In this document: positions 36,945 to 48,110 of the stretch, one piece after another | Position numbering within the stretch: the first letter of the stretch is position 1 | Layout of the letters: each line of letters begins with the position of its first letter | Assembly (NCBI RefSeq): GCF_030144855.1 | Contig: NC_082712.1 | Span: 121,334,001 to 121,398,000 of the forward strand | Length of the DNA stretch: 64,000 nucleotides | Reading direction: 5' to 3' | Source of the DNA: Hypanus sabinus | Lineage: Eukaryota | Notes under the pieces: generated by a model | Database searches by the model: none | What the model saw: the letters and a program-made list of their open reading frames with translations, nothing else | Told to the model about the DNA's origin: nothing | Translations under genes and position numbers: made by a program

Positions 36945-37900
36945 GAGATAGGGAATCAAAAACTGGGGTCAAAACTTTAAGATGAAAGGGGAAAAATTAA
37001 AAGAGGACCTGAGGGGCAACCTCTTCATACAAAGTGTGGTACATATAGGAAGCAAACTGCCAGATGAAGTGTTTGAGGCAGATACATTATACTTAAAAGA
37101 CACTTGGACATGTATATGAATAGGGAAGTTTCAGAAGGATTTGGGCGAAACACAGGCAAATGGGACTAACTTAAATAGGCACTTTAATTGGCATGGATGA
37201 GTTTGGCCGAAGGGCTTGATTCTGTGCAGTATAACCTGACGACTCCATGACTCTACCTGAGAAGGGAGTGAGTAATTTAGACCTGTATTCTCCAGAGTTC
37301 TACAAAAGTGGGAAGAGATCCCTTTGAAGCTTATGACATGCTCCTGGAGTCAAAAGGCTGAATCCAGGATGTTTCTGCTGACTGGGGAATACAGACCAAA
37401 GGATCGCAGTGTCAGAAATAACGGGCAGGCTGTTTAGAGTGCAGGGCCAAATTCTTCACTCAGAGTATTGTGTGTTATTGGAACTCTCCACCAGTGAGTA
37501 CTGTGAAGCTCAATCGTTGTATTGATTAAACCCAAGAGCAATAATTTTCTAGATTTAAAAGGAATCAAGGGTTATGGGAAGCCGGCTGGTGGCACAGTGG
37601 CATCAGCACCGGACTCTGGAGCGAAGGCTCCCGAGTTCGAACCCAGTCAGCCCCACCCCCATGGGGCATGCTTTCCATCCGTGCTGGGTTGAGCATCGAG
37701 CTAGCCTCTTGGCCTCATAAAAAAAAGACATGGGTTGAGTCAGAAACGTTTATACCATGACCAATCCTGACACCATGCGCCGGACAAGAATGGCTGACTG
37801 TCTGGTGTGACAAGCTATGAAATGAAATGAAGGGTTATGGGAATAGTGCAGGAACAATGGCACTGAAGTCAATCTGCTGTGATCTTCATGGATGGAGAGA
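36945..37900 (+). mobile_element. Two adjacent CR1 3' ends; the second carries the SINE insertion
   Basis: gaggggcaacctcttcatacaaag and ttcttcactcagagtattg motifs; CR1 3'UTR gccgaagggc. Confidence 0.7.
37581..37829 (+). mobile_element. tRNA-headed SINE, tail type 2 ending in (TGAAA)n
   Basis: A box tggcacagtgg, B box gagttcgaaccc, core ccatccgtgctgggttgagcatcgagc; exact 14-bp TSD aagggttatgggaa. Confidence 0.9.
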
Positions 37901-38239
37901 AAGATAATCAAATATTCTGTTGACCTGCATTTTATCTACTAGGCATTATAAATCTTTGGTGACAGACATAGTGTAGAAGCTCAGGGAGAGAAGCTTAAAT
38001 TTACATTTATAGTTTCTTGATTTCCCCACGGCCTGCAGCCTGTTTGTAAAGTTCAGTGCAGGACCCTTTCAGTTCCTTATGGCAGGATGGGATGGAATTT
38101 TCAGACAATTTTGGTTCACGACAGGTTAAGATTACTTGCTTAAGGTACCTGACCATAGATCTCACAAATATCTGACAATGAAAGAACAAATGAATGGAGG
38201 TAGTGAGTACAGGTCCAGATCCATCAAACTCTTCTCTTA

Positions 38240-38540
38240 CTCTTTACATATTTGAAAAAAAAACTTCTGGTATCCTCTTTGATATTATTGACTAGCTTAC
38301 CTTCATATTTTCACGTTTCCCTTCTTAAGGCATTTTAGTTGCCTTCTGTTGGTTTTTAAAAGTTTCCCAATCCTCTAACTTCCCACTAATTTTTGTTCTG
38401 TTATATGCCCTCTCTTTTGCTTTCATGTTGGAATTGAATTCCCTTGTCAGCCACAGAAATATCATTGCGCCTTTAGGATACTTATTCTTTTTTGGGATGT
38501 ATCTATTCTGCATCTTCTGAATTACTCCCAGAAACTCCAG
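38240..38540 (-). mobile_element. CR1 ORF2 fragment
   Basis: QNRYIPKK...WLTREF...KAKERAYN...LEDWETFKNQQKATK. Confidence 0.8.
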
Positions 38541-39679
38541 CAGGACTGTCAACTAACAACTCTGTAACAAACTAAAAACTAACATCATCACTGTGGCTCA
38601 AAAGCACTTACCTAAATCTAAATCAATACCGTTCCTTTAACAGCATCTAATTAAATAACTAATCTTCTCTCCCAGAATGTGGACTAAGATAAGCAGGAAG
38701 CATTGTCATTGCTGTGCTTCAATCAAGTCTTGATTAGACTGAGGCAAAAGGAAGAGAATTAACTACAATTACAAACAAAAAGCCCTAATTGGCAGGAACG
38801 TGTACATTCACCCTTGCATGATCACCGGTATCTTTCAGCTGCTCACCTGTGAGAGTGCCCATATTCCGCGGCAGTGTCTGCATTGATCTCCGTACTAACT
38901 CATTAGTCATTGGCAGTATTTGATTTCTGCAAATGTATACATTCACCTCAAGGAGCTCAGAAGAATAGAGGGCTATGGGTAACCCTAGGTAATTTCTGAA
39001 GTGCAGGTTCAGTACGGCATTGTGGGCTGAAGGGCTTGTATTGTGCTGTAGGTTTTCTATGTTTCTATGTTACTATATGTCAAGGGGGAAAAAAAAACAA
39101 TGAATGTTGTTTTCTCTCCATTTTCAAATCCAGCCTTTGATAAGAGTTATATAAAATGATACTTTATTTGTATTTGACTCAATATTCAGTTGCCATCCGG
39201 TCATGGAATATTATAGAGACTGCATTTTGCTTTGTTTTTTTTTGTCATATTTGAACATCTGTCCATCAGTTAGGAAGTGCCGCTCTGCTGAATTCCAATC
39301 TTCTAATCATCATTATTTTTGCAGTGTGTGCGACATTACAGATGTTTATCCCTCTCATGCACCTCATCAAGCTGTTGTGCTTGCATTCAATTCTCTTATC
39401 TCTAATATTATAATCCTTACAAGCCACATTGGAATTATTACCCATATGAGTTAACTTACAGACTTGCTCAATATTTAGATTATCTTTGTTTTTAACTTGT
39501 CTTTCATTCTGTTAACACACTTAAACTAGCTTTGTTTAGTCTGTCGAAACGTTAATAGTGAAAACTTGCAATGTGGTTTGGCTAAAAAATCTATTTTTGT
39601 TTTCATTCTGTAATGCTAAGTGTGTAGTTATGTGATTGAGAGAGCAAAAGAGTGATTTGCTCATGGATCAGTAGATCAT

Positions 39680-40450
39680 TAGGAGTTTGAGGAGATTTGG
39701 TTTGTCACCTAAAGCACTTGAAAACTTCTACAGATGTACTGTGGAGAGCATTCTGACAGGTTGTATCACCATCTGGTATGAGCATTCTGACAGGCTGTAT
39801 CATCGTCTGATATAGAGGGAGTGGGGGGAGATCTACTGCACAGGATCATAATAAGAGAGTTGTAAGATTAGTCAGCTCCATCGTGGGTGCTAGCCTCTGT
39901 AGTATCTAAGACATCTTAAAGAAGCAGTGCCTCAGAAAAATGGCTTCTATCATCAAAGGCCACCATCACCCATGACATACCTTCTTCTTATTATTTCTAT
40001 TAGAAAGGAGGTACAGAAGCCTGAAGGCACACATTCAGTGATTCAGGAACATTTTCTTCCCCTCTGCCATCCAAGTCCTGAATGGGCATTGAATCCATGA
40101 ACTCTACCTCACTACTTAATTTTAGTTTCAGTTTTTTGCACTACCATTCTTCAGTATGGCTTGTTTCTCAGTGACATCAGCACTGAACTCTGGAATGGAG
40201 GTTCTTGGGTTTGAATCCAGTCAGGCCGTTCCCGAGTACGCTTTCCATCCGTGCCAAGTTGAGTGTCGAGCTCGCAACTTGACCTCGTAAAATAAAGAAA
40301 AATACTGCGAAATGTCTGTGTGAGGAGTGGCATGCCACACAGTCTTTCATTCTGCGCCTTGTAAGGCATGAAAATGCCTGACGTTGGCCTCTCAGGCCTG
40401 AGTCAACGTCATCATCATTCTTCATTTAACTATTTAATATATTTGTTTAC
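39680..40450 (+). mobile_element. Rex1/Babar 3' end with nested SINE
   Basis: aacttctacagatgtactgtggagagcattctgacagg...aggaggtacagaagcctgaag. Confidence 0.8.
40154..40415 (+). mobile_element. tRNA-headed SINE, tail type 3 ending in a stem-loop and (CAT)n
   Basis: B box gggtttgaatcc; core ccatccgtgccaagttgagtgtcgagctcgcaacttgacctcgtaaaa; TSD cattcttca (40145-40153, 40416-40424). Confidence 0.88.
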
Positions 40451-42329
40451 AATCAAACCCATGGATCCTGCTCAGCACCTCCATTAATGATTCAATCTTC
40501 CCAACCAAATCCATTGCTCTTTCTTGTGTTCTTCATTTCCAGCCACCGTGGTTGGGCAGAACTGCGATACTGCTTATAGAACGTTCACAACGTTATGCAG
40601 TTACAGCAGTGGCTACATAACTGACCACTGTTGTAATTAACTCTACGTAAACTCCTGGCATTATATCAAGTTCTCTCATTAGTGAGAATACCTTCCTACC
40701 TAAGAATAATGGGGTTAAATATTTTTTTGTTTGTAGAGTGCCCCCCGCACTGGGCAGAAGAAGTCAAACACTGGCTTGACCCACCAAAAGACTGGCTAAG
40801 TCCACCATCTATTCTGCTGGTTTTAAGACTCTTGAATGGGCCTCTTAAATAATAAAGATGAATTTTTGCAGATTAATGTCATGCCCTTGCACTTCATCTG
40901 TCTGCCTGCACTGCACTTCCTCTTTATATTCTGCATCATGCTTTTTAATAACTTTCTTACTACTTGATGTACTTATATGTGGAATGATCCATTTGGATGG
41001 CATGCAGACCAAAGCTTTTCACTGTATCTTGATGCATGTGACAATAATAAACCAATTTCCATTTGTTAGCTGCTTCGAGGAGGTTTATTTTGCTTGGGTC
41101 CCTGATAGGTAAAAGCACATCTGCAGAAAGTGAGCAGAAGTAGAAATCAGATTGACAAGACTAGAAGAAAGTTGAGGAGAATATAATAATCTCATGTCAG
41201 TAAGACAAAAATAAAAATGAGTACAGAAAATATATCTGTCTGCAACTCAGTGGAAAGGGGCATATTTTTAATGTTAAATTTTCAATTACATTTCTACATG
41301 TTTTTCCTATACCTTTGGCATTTTTCATTTGATGTGGTGGTGTGGCATTTAGATCCCTTCATACTTGTGTACAATAGTCCAAATGAATGTAGATTATTCC
41401 ATGTCTTTGCCTTGCACATGAATGTGATCTGTTAATATTAATAGAGGTAAAAGTTTTCTCCCTGCCCCAAATTTTGTTAGAATTCTTCATTCCCCTCCCC
41501 CTACCCTTCCTCTTGGAACTAGAAACATTTAACAAATGGTTTCACTTTTACCAATGCTGGCACAGCTCTGCGGTGCAAATATATTTGTGTGAGGCAGTAA
41601 CTATCAACTTACGACTTGAACAACAGCTCCACACTCAGCAAGCCAAAAATTGCAGAATTCCATTAACTAATAGAGCTCATTATTCCATACATTTAATATT
41701 GAACAGTTTTGGATATGTACCTTCCATTCTCAACAATAACACAGGTCCATAGAAAGTCAATAGGGACTGTGTCAACTGGAATTAGTGAACGACACAATAG
41801 GACCCTAGCTCTCCCTCCAAGAATTATATGATGAAAGGTTGTATTCAAAGTAATAAACTCTTCCAGGAAACTATTGAGCTTCCAGTTTTCTAATAATCTG
41901 AGTTTCTTTTAGATTTTCAGCATCCATTTTGTTCTCTGTTTTGGATTCCAGCATGTAGTTTTTTGACCTGAGTCATTATTTCTGTTCTTCTTTCCACAAA
42001 AGCTGCCTGACCTGATGAGTTTCAGCAGTTTTTTTTTAATTCAGAATTTCAACTTTTGCAGTTTTATTTCTGTTTCAGTCTGTTTTTATTTTACATGCAT
42101 TGTTGCCAGGTGGAATTTATCCAGATAATTAACTGAAGGCACTCAAACACAGAATCCTCTACCTTTCTTTACCTTCATTTTCACTTACTACATCTCACAC
42201 TGTTAACTTAATAGATAACTTTTTGATGAACTGTTACTAATCACAAAATCTCTAGCTGTTAATGTCTGCAGCAATGGAATGCCCATCACTGTTGTTTGCT
42301 GTGCGCTAGAGTGGTTCATAGTCATAGAG

Positions 42330-43565
42330 AAACATACTTTAACAATGTAGGTCTTCCACACCTGTCATCAATCATTCAAAAAGCCAACGGTGGAGGTGTG
42401 TGTTTCATGATAAACTCTCAGTGATGTTCCGATGTTGTGGCTTTGTTGAACTCATCTTCCCCTGACCTTGAACACCAAATGACCAAATGTTATGCATTCT
42501 ATTTACCAAGGGAGTTCCCCTCTATAATCCTGACTGCAGTTTACATATCACCAGTGGCCAACTATAATCAAATGCTTGAGATACTGCAGGATACTGTTTC
42601 CAAATAAGAAACAGTCCATCCTGACACATTTCAAATCATAGTCAGGGGCTTCAACCAAACTAGTTAGAAGAAAGCATTCTCCTGGTGAAGTCACAATTCC
42701 AGACTAAATCTGAATCAAAGAAAGATTCTCGACAGTTGTAGCAGGGTTTGAATACTGTCGCCTTTAATAAAGTTAAATCAAGCAACTTAGGCAACAACCG
42801 GGCCTTGTTTCAAGATATGCTCATATCACGAGCACCCACAGCTCCTGATGATTTTGCAATCTCAGTCTCTGAGGCTGGCGTGTGAGCAGCCTTCAGGAGG
42901 GTGAACCCATGAAACGCTGCTTGCACGCCAGCCTCAGAGGCTGAGATCACATGATCATCAGGACATACTTCTACAGATGTGCAGTGGAGAGTACATTGAC
43001 TTGCTGGATCACAGTCTGGTATGGGAACACCAATACCCTTGAATGGAAAATCCTACTAAGAGTAGTGAATATGGCCTAGTTCATCATGGGTTAAGCCCTC
43101 CCCACCATTGAGCATATTTACATGAAACACTGTTGTAGGGATGTAGTATCCATTATTAGGGACCCCCTCCACACAGGCCATGCTCTCTTCTCACTGCTGC
43201 CATCAGGAAGAAGGTACACAGAACTCACACCACAGTTACTACCCCTCTTGAACCAAAGGAGATAACCACTGAACTTCACTTGCCTCATCATTGAAATGTT
43301 TCCACAATCTATAGACTCACTTTCAAGGACTCTCCATATCATGTTCTTGATATTTATTGTTTTTTAATTTATTATTATTATTTCTTTCTTTTTGTATTCA
43401 CAGAGTTTGTTGTCCTTTGCACACTGGTTGAATGCCCAAGATGGTGTGGTCTTTCATTAATTATTATTCTGTGGATTTATTGAGTATGCTCACAAGAAAA
43501 TGAATCTGAGGGTTGAATATGGTGACATATGTTCTTTGATAATTACTTTACTTTGGACTTTGAGC
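42330..43565 (+). mobile_element. Internally deleted Rex1/Babar LINE with an internal inverted repeat
   Basis: Endonuclease pieces (GGGVCFMIN, FYLPREFPSIILTAVYISP), a jump to the 3' end, and tail ttactttggactttga. Confidence 0.8.
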
Positions 43566-43859
43566 AATGATCCTGTCTTCATCCCTATTTCTCCCCCACA
43601 TTCTCACTAATTCTCCATCAACAATTCAGCCACCGTCCTGGTACAAGTGAATCTGTGGAATTCATTGCCACAGACGATTGTAGAGGCCAAGTTATTGGAT
43701 ATATTTAAAGCAGAGATTGATAGGTTCGTGATTGGTCAGAATGTCAAAGTTGATGGGGAGAAGGCAGAAGAATGGTAACAAATCTGCCTTGATCGAATGG
43801 TGGAATAGACTCAAGGGCCAAATAACTTAATTCTTCTCCTATCTCTTATGTTCTTTTTT

Positions 43860-45190
43860 TGTACTATGGATATCTATTACTTTGCTCCTACCTGTTTTAC
43901 TGGCCCTGCCGTGTACCTTACTATCTATCCCTCCACTTTCTGACCTGGTGCTCTCGTTCCCATCCCCCTGCCAAACTAGTTTAAACCCTTCTGAGTAGCA
44001 CTAGTGAACCCTCTGGCCAGGATATTGGTTTCCCTCCAGTTTAGCTGCAACCTGTCCCTCTTGTACAGGTTCCCCTTGCCCCAGAAAAGGTTCTAATGAT
44101 CCAAGAACCTGAAATCCTGCCCCCTGCACCAGTTCCTCAGCCACTCATTCATCTGTACTATCACCCTATTCCTGTCCCGACCATTATATGGTGTCAGGAG
44201 GTAATCCAGAGATTACAACCTCAGAAATTCTGTTCTTCATCCTCTTTCCTTACTCCCTGTGGTCTCCGCTCTGAACCTCTTGCCCTTTTATACCTACCAC
44301 TTATGTCATTGGTACCAATGTGCACCATAGCTTCTGACTGCTCACCCTCCTGCCTTTGAGAATGTTCTGCGGCCACTCAGAGACCTATTAGACCATAGCA
44401 ACTGGGAGGAGCACACTACCCTGGCATCTCTTTTGCAGCCACAGAAATTCCTGTCTGTCCTTGGAACTATTGAGTCTCCTCTCACTATCATTTTGCCTGA
44501 CTTTATTCTTCCCTGTTGAGCCTCACAGCCAGCCACAGAGGCACTGGCTTGGCTGCTATTGCTGAGTCCTGATAGAGCATCTCCCCCAGCAATATCCAAA
44601 GGGATAGACTTATTGCTGAGGGGAATGGCCATAAGAATATCCTGCATAGACTGCTAACTCCCCTTTTTCTCCTAGTGGTCACCCATCTACTATCTGAAGC
44701 CTGCACCCTGCATATGACTACTTCAATAAAAGTTCCATCTATGATGTTTTCAGCCTCCCAGATGGTCCCGAGTGCATCCTGTTCTTTGATTGTGTCAGGA
44801 GCTGAAGTTGGATACACTTACTGCAGATGTAGTTATCAGGGAGACTGTTAGGTACTATGAAATCCCACTCTCACAATAAGAGTGTTCCAGTGCCTTAACC
44901 ATCCTTCTTACTCTAAATTAAAGACTTAGGATTAACAGACAAGAAAATACCTGTTCTTACTTGTGCCTTTTCTCTGAAATCTTTGAATTTTGCACTCATC
45001 TAGATTACTAACTGAGCCTCTTCTCAGGGAGAAGAGTTTGCTATTCCTTTTGCTCCAACTTCTGAAGCCCAAGTTCCACGAGCAAAGCAAGTGATTTAGC
45101 AGCCTTAGCCTCCACCTGTTCTCGCCGAAGCTCATTGAGCCAAAGCCTGACCACTCTAACAATGGCTCCTCTGCTTACATCTTGCTTCTT
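43860..45190 (-). mobile_element. CR1 LINE 5' portion including ORF1 (SGNH esterase-like)
   Basis: IPLSNK..LD, IVRGDSIVPRTDRNFCGCKRDARVVC and WVTTRRKRG motifs typical of vertebrate CR1 ORF1. Confidence 0.8.
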
Positions 45191-45964
45191 TTTAATGGCT
45201 CAAGTTAATCCTGACAACACTTGTTGTTTTTAAATGATTTCTGTCCTACAACAATGTTGCTCTCTCACTTGCTACTGCAAAGTAGTACATTGTCTTTGGG
45301 ATGTGGAAGAAAGCAGAGTACCCAAAGGAAACTAGTGCTGTTAAAAAGAGGAGGACAATTAATTAAGATGAGGTTGTTGTGCACGGATCTCATGGACAAT
45401 CTAGAAGGAATTTATTGATTCAATAATCCTGGAAATGAGTTGGAAATATTCTTTATGCCTTAATGCAAGTTTATGGGTTAGAGTGATTTGGCCTTAAGTT
45501 GACCAACCAGTCCAAGAAAGTACAATTAAAAATAGTTGTTATAGTAGATTTAAAATTTATGATACAATAGAAACCTTGAACATTATGCACACATAGAGTA
45601 GGTCTTTATCCAATTTCTGATTTTTGCATAATGGTCTTTTGGGCTTTTTCTTCTCAGATGGGAGCCTGCGAAATGGCTATTGGTGTGTATTTTTGTGGAA
45701 TATATCATAGATCAACTGTCCATTCCTCCTACCATGTTTACGTAATCGTTGAACTCTTGAATGTTGAAGGTTATAGTTTACCCTCCAGTTATTAAGTTCT
45801 CTCCAGTATTTATAACAAGATTGATTTTAAATACACAACTTTCATCATCTGACTGGAAAGCAATACAAAGTTAATGTTTCAGTTTGAAGAAACTTCAAGT
45901 GGATTGGGAAAAAGATAAAAAGGAGAGTTTTAAGTTGCAGATGAAGAAGGGTGTTACCATAACA

Positions 45965-46470
45965 ATCCTTGTATGCAATGTAGCAAGACCAAGGAACTAA
46001 TTATGGACAACAGGAATGGAAAATAGGGAGAACGCACATCAGTCCTCATTGAGTGGAAAGGGTGAGCAACTTCAAGTTCCTGAGTATCAACATCTTTGAA
46101 GATCTATTCTGTACCTAACATATTGATGCAGTTACATGCCAGCAGCTAAATTTCTTTCAACACACACAAAATGCTGGTGAAACTCAGCAGGCCAGGCAGC
46201 ATCTATGGAAAAGAGTACAGTCAATGTTTCAGGCCAAGACCCTTCGGTGGGACCTGTTGCTATTGGTGTGTAATTTATTTGTGGAATATATCACAGATCA
46301 AACAGTCCAGCATCTGCAGATTTTCTCTTGTTTGTGAGCTATATTTCATTAGGAGTTTGTGGAGATTTGGTCCGTCACCAAAGACGTCAGCATATTTCTA
46401 CCAATGGAGAGTATTCTAACTGGTTGCATCACTCTCTGGTATGGAGGTACCAAATCACAGGTTCAGAAAA
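45965..46470 (+). mobile_element. Rex1/Babar fragment inserted in an old minus-strand Penelope (~45840-47260)
   Basis: gcaagaccaaggaactaattatggac...gagcaacttcaagttcctg; the flanks resemble the decayed reverse Penelope 3' region. Confidence 0.65.
46155..46336. mobile_element. Inverted Penelope-derived element carrying ~60 bp of copied local DNA
   Basis: TSD agctaaatttc/agctatatttc; inverted arm plus partial hammerhead, an insert matching 45659-45721, then the 3' tail ccagcatctgcagattttctcttgttt. Confidence 0.8.
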
Positions 46471-48110
46471 AAGCTGCATGGGGTTGTTTCAGATCAAAAC
46501 TGGAGGTCCATTCACTGGATCTTAAGTCAGTATATTAATAACTCAGCCATCCAGGAGATGCACAATGGAGTGGCAAGTTCCAGAGAGGATTGGATGGGTG
46601 AGACAAAAGGAATATTGGTGATCGGTAAGGTCAGATTAAATGGACCAGTTAGAGATTACTATACTTCTTGCTCTGTGTTTTGTGATGCTATTGACAGAGC
46701 TGTAGGCTATGCCCAGCAGGTCAGTTGGTACCTATGGGAGAGAAATACTAAGCTACTTTTGCATATGGATGACCTACAACAGAAAGGGAGAAGTTCTGAT
46801 ATAGATAGAAAAAGCAAAGTTGCCTTGGGTGGAGAATTTGATGCAGTCTGGAAGCCTTCAACATAGCCAGACAGAAGATGTGTTGCTATTCCTTGAACTT
46901 TCATTGGGCTTTGATAAAATAATGTAGGAAGCCATGATGGTGAATTACAATGGCAGGCAACAGTAGGCAGAGGGTCATTCTTGCATACTGGAAGCAATCA
47001 CCCCATATGGGACAGGCAACACTGCCAACACCAAATACATTAGACTGGACTCAGTGTGGATAAGTCATTGCTCCATTCAGGAAGACTATTTGGATCTCTG
47101 TAGAGAAGGGGTAAAAATCCAGAGGCTGCATCTCCTGAGGTTGCATGAGTATTTGGTGGGGTTTGGAAGTGCAGAGCAGAACGTCATGAAGGAAAAGGTC
47201 CTTTCAAAGTGCTGAAAGGGCAGGAGAAGAAATATGTACCAGGTGGTGGAATCTTGAGATGCAAGAATTCTGATGACTAAACTGTTTGTGAAGAATTCAT
47301 AAAGGAATTCTTCTTTCTGCTGTTTGATGTTATAGCATAATCTAATCTGTTTGGAATATGAGTAATTTTATAAGTGCAAGGACAGGAGCTGTTGTTCTGA
47401 ACATTCTCAAATGAGTTACAATCGCAGTCACATGATTTGGTAAAAGATTTTCTGTTGCAAAACATACTGATATTTAGACAACTTGTCTCTCAGCCAAGGA
47501 GCAGAAACCCAGGATAATACAGTGCGTGATGTTGATAGCAAATAATAATTGGGGCAAGACGAGGTTAGATTAAAAATAGTATTCATTCAAGAGTTCAGTC
47601 CTGCAAATGTGTGAGTGAGCCCCCTGCTGAATTACACAGTGTCGATAGATTCTTTCCTAGTGGCAAACAGAAGCTAACAATCAATGCCAGGAAATTACTG
47701 CAATTTCAAAGGAAAGCCATGACCCTACCATTCCAGCCCAATTTTCACCCATTGTTGAAATGATGCTGTTGAAATTTTCTGCATTATGAATATGGCTGCT
47801 GTTAGTTCTGAAGACATAGTTCTCACACTTCTCAAAAATGATTGAAAATGTCAGGGCCATGACTCCAATGGTAGTTTGAATCCTTCCAACACTAATACAC
47901 TCTAGCTGTCTTTCAGAGGGACTTCAGTTAAGCTGTTGCTCCACAGGGTTCTGAATTGCAATTGATTATATTTTTATCTGTTGTCATATCTTTATGTTTC
48001 TAAATGCATTTTTTGACATTACTATGACATGTTGGGTCTGGTTAGGCAAATACTTTGTCATGAGGGAAGGTCTTGCTTCATCTAGTGCTAAAAATACATT
48101 GTCATATCTT

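Noticed and set aside
37581-37650. tRNA-like A and B boxes
   Set aside because: This is the head of a TSD-flanked SINE, not a tRNA gene; the same applies to 13903, 22735 and 40154.
46441-46866. 141-aa + strand ORF
   Set aside because: Spans a Rex1/Babar fragment and the antisense strand of a decayed Penelope; no coherent protein.
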